Assembly (NCBI GenBank): GCA_000165425.1
Contig: CT868680.1
Span: forward strand, 200,108-264,107
Direction: 5' to 3'
DNA length: 64,000 bases
DNA from: Paramecium tetraurelia
Lineage: Eukaryota
Shown: positions 53,769 to 64,000 of the stretch, in pieces
Layout of the letters: each line of letters starts with the position of its first letter
Position numbering within the stretch: the stretch's first letter is position 1
Translations under genes and position numbers: made by a program
The notes under the pieces: model-generated
Seen by the model: only the letters and a program-made list of their open reading frames with translations
Databases searched by the model: none
What the model was told of the DNA's origin: nothing

Positions 53769-55221
53769 TCATAACTTAAATGATTCTAATTCTAATTTTT
53801 GAGTTAGCATTTAGTAAACAAACTGGCCTTGAAAGATATTAATTCAAAAATTACCAAATTTATATTATTGTATTTCCTATAAGAGTTATTAGTTATTAGT
53901 AATTTTATAATATAATTCTTTTTGGATTTCTGAATCGGAAAATTTTAAAAAATTTTGAACCACGTAATTTCCATAGGCATTAGTGGATAATCGGACAAAT
54001 AAAACTTATTAATTTTTTTAATTTAGTAATAGGTCCATAATTTTTAGTTTAAATTAATTATTAGAGCATTTGATAGCGCAATCAACTACATTGCTAGAAT
54101 TATTTAAGTTAATACCTTCCAAATTTATTCAGACTATACTCTTCTAGTTTTTCCATAATGATTTATTAAATTTGGTTTTTGATTACTAATGGACCATCCT
54201 TCAATAGCTATTAAATAATGTAATTTCCATATTGAGAAATGCAAAGTTCATAAGATAAGTTCATTATTTCAATTAAAATTTTCATTTATCTTTCTAGATG
54301 ATTGTTAGATATTGAAACAGCTTTTTAGATAATTCTACAACCAAAAGAATTAATCACAAGCTTATTAACTTATCCCTCAATCCCGTCTAAGACCCATAAA
54401 CTAATATCACTCTCCATTAATTAGATCAATTTCTAAACAACATGATTTCCATGTTGATCAATTACTAGCTCTCGTACTCTTGTTTTAAAGGTATCAAATA
54501 AACTTGAGAAATCAGGAGTATTGTAGGCATTTTAAAGTAATCTTTGTAGCACTCTACATCCATACGGATGAAATGCTAATTATGAAGAGTGTGGTTACAA
54601 AAAGATCAGTATTTTTTACTATTGGAATGGAGTTCCTATTATTATCAAGAATATTACCAAATTCAAGAAGATTTTAAATAACATAATTTCCAAAGACATC
54701 TTTTGAGAGAGATAAAAGCCCTTTTTCAAGTTTATTAAAGATTTATTCCTTGATGGCCTGAGAACTTTCTTAAAAGGCTTTTTGAATGCATCTAGCCCCA
54801 TTCTAATCCTTGCATTTGGATATCTTAAATAGAAGGCAAATTAGTTACTAAATCTCCATCTAAAGAAATTTCATCAGCTGCATTAAATTATGCCTCGCTT
54901 TCATAGGATTTAGGTCTTGATGCTGAATTAGGAGCACTCTATTAGACTGGAACTTTGGTGAGTCGTAAATCTAAATCATAGGAACTTGACTAAATAAGAT
55001 TGAAAACTTTTGTTTTTGTTGCACTTGAGGAGAATATACTTTAGGACAATATATGGGAGATTAATTGTAATTCTGATTAATTTGGAGTGCAGGAGGTCTA
55101 TTTGAAGAATATGTTTTTTTGATCTTGCCCACATTTTCAAAACTGTCTAAAATTTGGAGAAAATTGAGATACCATCCAAAAGATCTCCTATCATATCCTT
55201 TTCATCTGGATCTTGATTCAT
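53769..55221 (-). CDS. Pumilio/PUF RNA-binding protein (8 repeats)
   Basis: DQNGARCIQ, DVFGNYVIQ, HPYGCRVLQ, DQHGNHVVQ, NSFGCRIIQ, HQYGNYIIQ, NKFGSNVVD, NAYGNYVVQ. Confidence 0.93.
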
Positions 55222-55454
55222 TTTTGGTTTTGAAAATGATTAAATATATAAATTAATAAATATTAAAGAGATAAGTGGATAAGCAATGAAAAAACATTAA
55301 CAAATAAATTTCAAGAGATATATAATTATTATATATTAATAATAATATCAAATAATCTTGGTTACATCATCTATCGTATTTCCTGGCCAAAAATATCTTA
55401 GAAAATATAGAGAAAGATAAAATACTTACAAATTATTTATAAATATATTTAATT

Positions 55455-56620
55455 ATGGGTATGTGCTAAAATAAGGAATTAGAATAAACTTCAAAACAAC
55501 CAAATTTTAAAGCCAAATTTCCAGAAGCAGAAGAGTAAGATGACACAAATGAAGAAACTACACAATTACCAATTGAAGGTGAAAGTGTTGCTTCCAATTA
55601 AAAGTTATCTATGCAAGATTTTGAACTAATAAAGGTCATTGGAAGAGGATCATTTGGAAAAGTGCTGCTAGTTAAAAAGCTTGATGATCAACAACTATTA
55701 GCAGTAAAAATCTTGAGGAAAAACATGTTGTCTAAGAAAAAATATCAGGATCAGGCAATTTAGGAAAGGAACATTATGTCCTAGATAAATAGTCCCTTTT
55801 TTGTGAAACTGAGATATGCATTCTAAAGTCCTTCGCGTCTATACATGGTTATGGACTTTATGCAGGGAGGAGAACTCTTTCTTCATCTGAAAAAGAATGT
55901 TAGATTTCCTGAAGAATGGGTACAATTCTATGCTGCTGAAATTCTTGTGGCAATAGATTTACTCCATAAATCCAATATCATGTATAGAGATTTAAAACCA
56001 GAGAATATATTATTGGATAAGAGTGGACACATAGTTTTAACAGATTTTGGGTTATCGAAATTGGGTTTTGAGAAAAACGAAATGACTTACACATTTTGTG
56101 GAACACCTGAATATGTGGCCCCTGAGATTCTATATTGTAAAAATTCAATAAACTTAGTTAGAAAGGGGACACACATTTACTGTTGACTTTTATAGTTATG
56201 GAGCACTGATTTATGAGATGCTTAGTGGTACTCCTCCACACTATTCGAAAAATAAAAAAGAGATGCTAAAAAATAGATGTGAAAAACCTCTTGAAATGAG
56301 ATCTTGCTTTTCATTTTATGCAGCCTCCTTGTTAAAGGGATTATTAACCAAAGATGTATAAACTAAAAGTCTATGAGTAGCCAGGATTGAGACTAGGGTC
56401 TAATGGAATCAAGGAAATAAAAAAGCATAACTTTTTTAATGGAATTGATTGGAAATTAGTTGAGCAGCGTAAATTGTAACCGCCTATCATACCTAAGATA
56501 TAATATGCTTAAGATCTATCTAATTTTGATGCACCTTACTTGTAATAACCTATAGTTGACACTCCAGAATCTAAATTAAACGAAACCTTTGTAGGATTCA
56601 CATATCATTAGCAAATGTGA
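55455..56620 (+). CDS. AGC Ser/Thr kinase (Akt/S6K/SGK-like) with MGxC acylation motif
   Basis: GRGSFGKV, YRDLKPEN, DFG, TFCGTPEYVAPE, hydrophobic motif FVGFTY; starts MGMC. Confidence 0.95.
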
Positions 56621-56672
56621 TTAAAATCATATCAAAGTTGTTTATATTATAATATATTATACTTTATAATAT

Positions 56673-57164
56673 TCAACCTTATTCCTAACCTACTTATAAT
56701 TCTAATTCAGCAATTCTTCTTTGGAGACCCAGTAGTTATTGTTGAAGTGCAGTCTTCTCACCTTTCAAAGCAGTGATTTATTGTTGCAATCTTGAATTCT
56801 CAGCCTTTTGATGAGCAAAATGTCTAATAAGTAGAGATGAGACATAATACCTTTTCATTTCCTCTTCAATTCTCATGAGTTCATTTGTGAGTGTTTTTTT
56901 GACATCTTAAGTTTTCATACTCAAAACAGATTCTAAAGTGTCCTTTTCTGATTTGAGAATTTAGACTTCCTTCTTGTGGAAGTTCATCTCGTCTTAAATT
57001 CCTTTGATTGTTTCCTTTAATTGTATAAATCAACTTACCTCTAAACTCATAAGCTTACCCTTCAGAGATGCTGGGTTTTGGGATCCTGCAAAACTCTATC
57101 CAGTTTAGCCCATATCATTCTTGGACAATGTGTTTCCTGCAGCTGACTTAAATGCATTGCTCAT
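56673..57164 (-). CDS. Small coiled-coil protein (~146 aa)
   Basis: Two introns; EEEMKRHFAHQKAENSRLQQQITALKGEKTALQQQLLGLQRRIAELE; high-expression codon usage. Confidence 0.75.
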
Positions 57165-57245
57165 TACTAAACTTATTAAATATATTTTATATATAAAATA
57201 AACAAATTGGCATACATGTACTTTACATAATTATAATATATTTTA

Positions 57246-58072
57246 TCACCAATCTTTATCAGCTTTCTCTGCTTCACCTTAGTGTTCTTATTCTTCACCA
57301 TCACCTTCTTATTTGACTTAGTTATCTGCAACACCTAATTAATCATTGGTAATTTCCTTGTGGTAGAACAAATCAACCAAGACATCCCATTCTTCATCTA
57401 TAATTATGGCTTATTTGAATTACCTTGTCTCAATTCTCCTCTTAAGATCTTGACTTCTCTGGCCAACAACCAATAGATCATAGAAATTGACTTTGTTTCT
57501 CTGTTTCCAACTGGAATTGGGATATCAACATATTATAAGGGGTTGTCTGAATTGCATAAAGCAATAACTGGAATGTTGACGTAAGATGCTTCAACGATGG
57601 CTTATTTATCCTAGGGAAATGTTAATTTATATATATACCAAATGTGGATCTGTGACAATCAATAATTATGGTTCTTGGAATTTTCCACTGGCACTGTTGG
57701 ATTGATTTGTCAATGTACCTGGTGTCCATCTTGCTGATCTAGTTGAGCTAGCATGAGTATAGTGAGCGAATTTAATGACTGCTCTTTGTCCAATTGGTCT
57801 TGATGAAACAACCTGAATTACTCATCATTTATAATACCATGACATCTTGAGGTTATTCAACTGCAGCAATAACTCTGGCAGCCAATTTGATGTGCTACCA
57901 GGTTTCCTCTAAATTGAGAATGTATGCACCATTATCGCTTCTGTGTGATACATATCTCTTCTAATCAAAATGGAGTTGCTTTGTTCCAATGTGGCACTAG
58001 AAGAAGTCATATACATAACATTTTTACTTATGAAGCAATCAATCTCTTAATGTCTTATTCTTTTCTGCTCAT
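57246..58072 (-). CDS. RPSA: 40S ribosomal protein SA (uS2)
   Basis: [44 protein letters not shown]; several introns. Confidence 0.96.
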
Positions 58073-59188
58073 GCAATCAAATATAAATATCTATTTTTTT
58101 AAATATTTAACAAATCTCAATTATTTCTTAATCAATTATATCTAATAAGTTTTTGTGCATCCCAATGCTTATTCTTGACCCTTAAGAATGAAAATACTTC
58201 ACACACAAAATAACAAAACAAATACCCAATACCTTTCTTAAAAATAATTTAAACAAATTTTAAATAAAATTAAAAAAAAATTGAAATATTTTTCATTTTC
58301 TCTTATTCTCTAGCCTTCCTAAAGAAGTAATGAAGTACGCAATTTAGAGGGATAACAATACATAAATTATAAAAATATGTTTCGCTTTTAATAATCTTAA
58401 AATAGGGAAGAATTAGTCTGGATAATATTATAAATTGTTATTTTATGATTACATTTTTCTTGTTGAATGAGCAAACCTTAATAGAACTTCATTGAATAAT
58501 TTCAATCTCATCTATAATCATTTAATTTTGTATATAAATGTAGTTATGGGTTAAAGTTTACATTATTGATAAGAGATTGGCAAGCTAAATGAAAAAATTG
58601 AAATGAAACACACTACAAATGATGGGAAAATTCTAGATCCCTCTCAGAAACTTCATAACTTTTGCAATTTGATCATATGCATAGAAAGAATCATAAAGTT
58701 GAGATGTTAAAAATAGAATTCATTTATAATGATTCCTTTGTTATCTAACTTTACGCTGTCATATTGCAAGATTATGAATTATTAACTTATTAGACTGAAG
58801 TAACTGAGCTTGTTTTGAAGGTACATAGAGTATAAAGTTGAGGAATCTATGTTAGTTAGTGTTTAGATTACATCCTTTTGTGAGGAATGCGTAACTTTAT
58901 AAATATCATTATTAATTTTACTTCAGTCATACAACAATCCATTTCTTAATCTAATCCAATTATAACCAATAATTAGTGATAGTATAAATCCTAATTCAAA
59001 TACTAGATTTATAGAAATATTTGTACAATATTGTTTTTTTTCTATTATTGAAAACTATATTATATTAAATTTTTGTACTAATCTGTTCTAACTAATTTTA
59101 GAGTAAAATATAAAATACAATCTTAAATTATTATATTTTATTCTATTTTTATAAAATTATTATTTTAAAAATAAATTTAGTTTTATAT

Positions 59189-60696
59189 TCAGATATTTTT
59201 AGAAAATGATTAATGCAGATAATGATTTGTATTTCTGAAGCTATACGCATCTTGATTCTTGCTATCTTCGCTTTTTTGTAAATTAGGTCCAAATATCATT
59301 TCATATTGAGCATCGTAGATATTGACTCTTTTGTCTGGACACATAAGGTATAAGTTAGCATAAATACACAGTAATATCACCTAAATATAATCGAAATTTT
59401 TGTTACTTTGATGCCAAGTAAGATGTATGAGATAATTACTTCATACATTTAGAGACCGTTTTCCAATTCAAAAAAGAGAACACTATTGGTTGTCCAAGGA
59501 TTAGTGTAAATAATAAACCAAACAATATCAAAAATAATTGTCACAATAATCATAGCTGAGATTATTTTAAAGTGTAAGAGTGATTATAACTTATTATTAT
59601 TCATATAGTAGAATAAACTATAAAATAATACTATTAACTATTATTAAAATAGTATTTTACATCTACAAACTGTGTCTTAAATAGGTTAGCAATTAGGACT
59701 AATACGAAGTAGATCAACGTAAAAGCCAATGCTAATTTAACCCAAAGTTATGCTTGAGTAGTATCATAAAATTGAAAATCATGGACCTGTTACACTGTGG
59801 ATTGTTCAGTTACAAGATATTTCTCATTTGGTTAATTTTGATGTTTCTCATCAAATGGATAAAAGAGTTAGAGAATGTCACTTTTATATTCGTTGATATC
59901 TTAGGCTAAGTCATCAATAACTTATTGATTTTCTTTGATTGACTCTTTGAAATATTTGGTCTAAAATTAACTATAAATAGTACTTATGAATGGATCCATT
60001 GAACTCTTAAGTTTAGAGTGGAATACAGAACGACACCATACTTATCTTTCAACTATAATGAAATATCATGAGGCTTTTGATCGTGAAATTCCTTTAAATT
60101 GAGTTTTGCTTATCCGCCAATTTCTTGCTTTTCTATCAACTCTTCATCCAATATCACAATATAGATTTCCTCGTCTCCTGTGCTAATATTGAATTCAAAT
60201 TTTTCATTCCAAGCTGGTGCTTGTCTATTTGCTGGTTTGGTGGAGTACTTCTTATCATCACAACCCAAAATGATTGCCACTCTAGAATGTCCTGGGAATT
60301 GAATTGCAGCATCGAAAATGGTAATTCTGATTTTGCTTCCTTTGCATATTTTGTGAGAGTTATATTCCTCCACATTTTGTAATTGCTACAAATGCAATTG
60401 GTCATCATCTAGTTTTAGTTATTTTTATGCAACTTGCTATTCCAAAATGGATAGTTTATTTTTTAATGATTATAATGCTTCCATCAAAATTGAAATGAAT
60501 CATTGATTGTAATTTATCCGTTGTCAGTTTTCTGCATCCTTGAGTAAAGTTATTCAAATAAAACTCGATCATACATTTTATTTGATTGCTAATCCAAAAA
60601 TCTAATTATAGTTTCTTTACTCATCGGCTGTGAGTGATTTTGGGATAGCTTATTAAATACTTGTTACACTTAATGAATTATTTGAGCTTGATTCAT
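59189..60696 (-). CDS. EF-hand-like + C2 domain + C-terminal multi-TM protein
   Basis: C2 motif IRITIFDA..STKPANRQAPAWNEKFEFNISTGDEEIYIVILD, flanking coiled coils, hydrophobic C-terminus; 3' end approximate. Confidence 0.65.
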
Positions 60697-60748
60697 TTAA
60701 CTGTATTAAAATTATTAATAATTTTAACGAATAATAATATTAAAACTA

Positions 60749-63310
60749 ATGAGACCTCAATCTCCTAAGATGTTCCAAACCTAAACTATTGCTACAACTC
60801 GCGTCGTTAGTTCGCCAACCAGAGAATCACGCTAAGATTCGTGTGGTAGACTGGCCAAAGTCACAACCTGCCAAACCAGGCCAAAGGCTATTGTTACTAC
60901 TTCAACTAATAAGCCAGCTATTGAAACAAGAACAGTTGTTCTTTGCACTGACAAGAAATGCTAGGGACATGTAAATTAAATTAAAATAAAACAAGGAAAA
61001 TCTCATAGAACAATTAACCTAGGATAATAATAAATTAAATTAACGAATACATGAATTGGGACTTTAAATAGATAAGTACGACAGTGAACAATAGACCTGG
61101 ATGAGCACTGCAATTGAAATTGAGAGTATGAGAAAATTGCTTGAAGAAACCTAAAAGAATCATCAACAAGAAGTCTCTTATCTCAATTCTGAAATTCTAA
61201 ATTACAAGACTACCTGTCAATATTAAGAGGATAAAATTAAAACCCTTAATTCTTATATGAACTCAAAGCAACAAATCGAAGAAGATTATTTGACACTATC
61301 CTAAGAAATGGAAAGATACAAATTCATAATTCAAGATAAAGTTGATCTATTACAACAGTAGGACTACAGGATTTAAGATTATGAGAAGCAGCTTTAAGTT
61401 GGTGAAAATGTAATTGAGGAACGAAATTAACAAATATCATTGTTGTTAGGAAAAATAAATTAATACGAACAAGAGTTTGTCACATAAAATGATATCATAC
61501 ACTAATTGAAATTGGAGATCTAGTAAAAGGACATCCAAAATCAACAACTATTATAATAGAAGGACTCTTTAATTTCTAATTACAGAGAAAATCTTGATCT
61601 TCTGGAACAAAGAGTTCAGTAGGATCAACTAATTGATAATGAAAAGAATGAAAAGTTAGTTGAATTGCATAATGATAAAGAAAACTTAAATTCAGTGATA
61701 GCAGATTTACAATTGCAATTAACAAACCTCTAAGAATAAAATATTCATCTCAATGAATAAGTAACATTAAATGATCAGGCAAATGTTCATCTCCTATCTT
61801 CAATTGAGGATCAGACAAAGAATTTTGAGTTATAATTGCAAAGCCAAGTAGATTAACATTAATAAAGAAATTAAGAAATATTGGATTTATAAACAGAATT
61901 ATATTAAACTAAATTAGAAGTTGAGAAGAAAGACAATTTGATAATTTCTTTAAATGATCAAATCGACGATCTCACTACTTAGATGAATGATAAAATAGAA
62001 TTACTTCAATGGGATGTAACATAATAAATTGCATAAACAGTTTTGTATAATAATAAATAGTTGTAAAAGTATTTAATTATTAATGAAGAACTCAAAATAG
62101 AATTAAACCAAAGAAAAACTAATGAAAAATCAGCTTAAAATGATTTGGAGAAGGAGATAGAAAATAAAAATTAATTATTAGAATCCTTAAACTAATTAAC
62201 AGCTTAAATTCAAGAATTAGAAAAATCATAAAACCTTTTAGAGAATGAAATATAGAAGAAATAGCAATAAATTGAAGATTAAAAATCTTAAAATGAAGAA
62301 GAGACTGAGAAGTTTTCTGATTTAGTGAATTCATTACAAAAATAAGTTGAGGAAGTCTTAGAAGAAAAATCAAATTTAGAAAACTAATTAACCTAACTTG
62401 AAAATGAAAAATAAATGAAAATCCATTAACTAGAGGAGAGTTTATTAGAGTTCAAGTAGAATGAAGATAAGATTGTATAGGAAAAGTAATAATCATAGGA
62501 ATAATTATTACTCTAATGTTTAGAAGTGCAGAGACTTTAAAATGAAAACAAATTATTAAAGGAGAAATTCTAATAATAAGATGAGGAAATTGAAAAATTA
62601 AATCAAAAATCAACTTTGGAAAATGAAAATAAATTATTACTAACTAAGGAACAAGATTAATAAATTTGTGAATTTTAGGTCTAAATTAAAGATTTAAGCA
62701 ATTAATGTGGAACACTTAAATCAGAATTAAAATAATAAGTAGAGCTAAGTGGAGAATTACAAAAGAAAATATCATTTTACTAGGCCTAGATATCACATTT
62801 ACAAGAAGTCGAATCATAATTGAGATACTTAAATGAATAAAATACTTAGCAATAGAAAAATCTATAAAAGGAATTAGATGTAAAGAATGAAACAGAAAAT
62901 ACACTGAAATATAAACTAGATACTTTGTTAGAGGATATTAAGGTTAAACAAATGCAATTAATAGAATTAGACAGGCAATTATAACTGGTAGAATAAACTA
63001 ATTAGAAGTAATAAGTAAATCTTGAAGACAAAATTAACTATCTCCAAAATGAAGTAGAAATGTGGAAAGAAAAGTTCGTTATTTTGAATAGAGATTATCA
63101 CAGAGTGTAAGAGGACTTGATGATGGTTTAAGCTGAATTTGATGCATTCAAAAGGCGAGGATTAGAGTTAAAGAATATTAAGGTAGTTCATAAAATATAT
63201 TATAGGAATCAACTTGTTTTGAAGTAAGAAAGTCCTCTTTATATAAAGAGAATATTGACATCAAAGGCAGTTAGACATCAATAGGCAGACTGTTTAAAGA
63301 AAATATTTGA
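60749..63310 (+). CDS. Large coiled-coil protein (~830 aa)
   Basis: Ser/Thr/Arg-rich head then long Q/E/K/L heptads; TGA at 63308-63310; two small introns. Confidence 0.8.
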
Positions 63311-63399
63311 GTTGCAAAGATATATACTATATAACAATTTCTATAACTAAACTTATTCTAATTAACAATATATTTTGTAATAAAAACATACAACTTTTT

Positions 63400-64000
63400 T
63401 CAACCTTGAGCTAAAAATTGATCCATTTTTTATGCATTGGTAAACATTTAATTACTGGCATTCTTCGAGAATACACTTTTTTGTTAGGTGGAGCTTAAAT
63501 TATCTTATGATAGTACTATAATTCAGCATTCCCTGGCATTTAATAGGCTGGCATCAAGGGATTTGTATATCTTTTGCTTACAATTCCCTTTTTGAGTGAT
63601 CCTGCTTGTACTCCTTCAATGTCTTAGACATTATTAGTCTGTCTGTAATCTTTTCTATCATTGGTTCTCAAGAAATGTTAAGAATGAGAACCTGCTTGTG
63701 CACCAACAATGTCTTAGGTAGTTAATATGGAAGATGCAAATTTATTGATGGTTATAGGATGTAGTTATTTACTTTTACTGCCTTCAACAAAACCGATTTC
63801 AATTTTCTTGCTAAATTAAGAATTCTTAAATACCCATCTTCATCCCTGTGAGAATAGACTGGTTCAATCGGGTTTGTATTTCTTATGTATTTATGGAGCA
63901 TATCATTATTGATATCTTTGACCTGGAAATTATTAATTCCATCTACTGATATGGTTTAGGATAGACTTATTACCTTTTTAAACATGTAATTATTTTGAAT
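63400..64000 (-). CDS. Partial (3' end) hypothetical protein with DIxG repeats
   Basis: QDIVGAQAGS and QDIEGVQAGS repeats; ends KMDQFLAQG*; 5' end lies outside the window. Confidence 0.6.

Noticed and set aside
55455..55470. Functional link between the MGxC kinase and UNC119 from co-location
   Set aside because: The genes are 31 kb apart in a eukaryote; proximity carries no evidence.
58200..59150. Possible gene upstream of RPSA
   Set aside because: Frames interrupted by TGA; no identifiable domain.
1..64000. tRNA, rRNA, snoRNA and telomeric repeats
   Set aside because: No cloverleaf, rRNA-like block, convincing C/D box pair or G4T2/G3T3 tract noticed by eye; a covariance-model search would be needed to exclude small RNAs.

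Overview
This is AT-rich, gene-dense eukaryotic DNA from a ciliate macronuclear chromosome, almost certainly Paramecium (tetraurelia-like). TAA/TAG are read as Gln, TGA is the only stop, introns are about 20-30 nt (GT..AG) and intergenic spacers are tiny. The supplied standard-code ORF track therefore fragments nearly every gene, so I re-translated by eye with code 6. About 30 genes were recovered. They include three trichocyst matrix protein (TMP) genes, a MORN protein, a 198-aa miniature CtIP/Sae2, an importin-alpha-like ARM protein, an amino-acid transporter, a PX-pseudokinase and a ~9 kb IP3R/RyR-type Ca2+ release channel. Also present are UNC119, a GPCR-like protein, a large type I membrane protein with a frameshift, a Pro-rich repeat protein with an unresolved frame switch, a TBC-like protein and a giant catalytically altered HIBCH/mS47-like protein. 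The rest are bromodomain-ET, CFAP157-like, Cdh1, POP5, NADP-IDH, NAA60-like, SF-assemblin, PUF, AGC kinase, RPSA, a C2-domain membrane protein and coiled-coil proteins. No tRNA, rRNA, transposon or CRISPR was seen. The best new leads are a shared GAGTAT...CGTTTTT upstream signature in all three TMP genes, the dual-frame Pro-rich gene, a channel filter lacking the conserved Asp, and several apparent pseudoenzymes. Family calls come from recalled motifs, not database searches; some gene ends are approximate.
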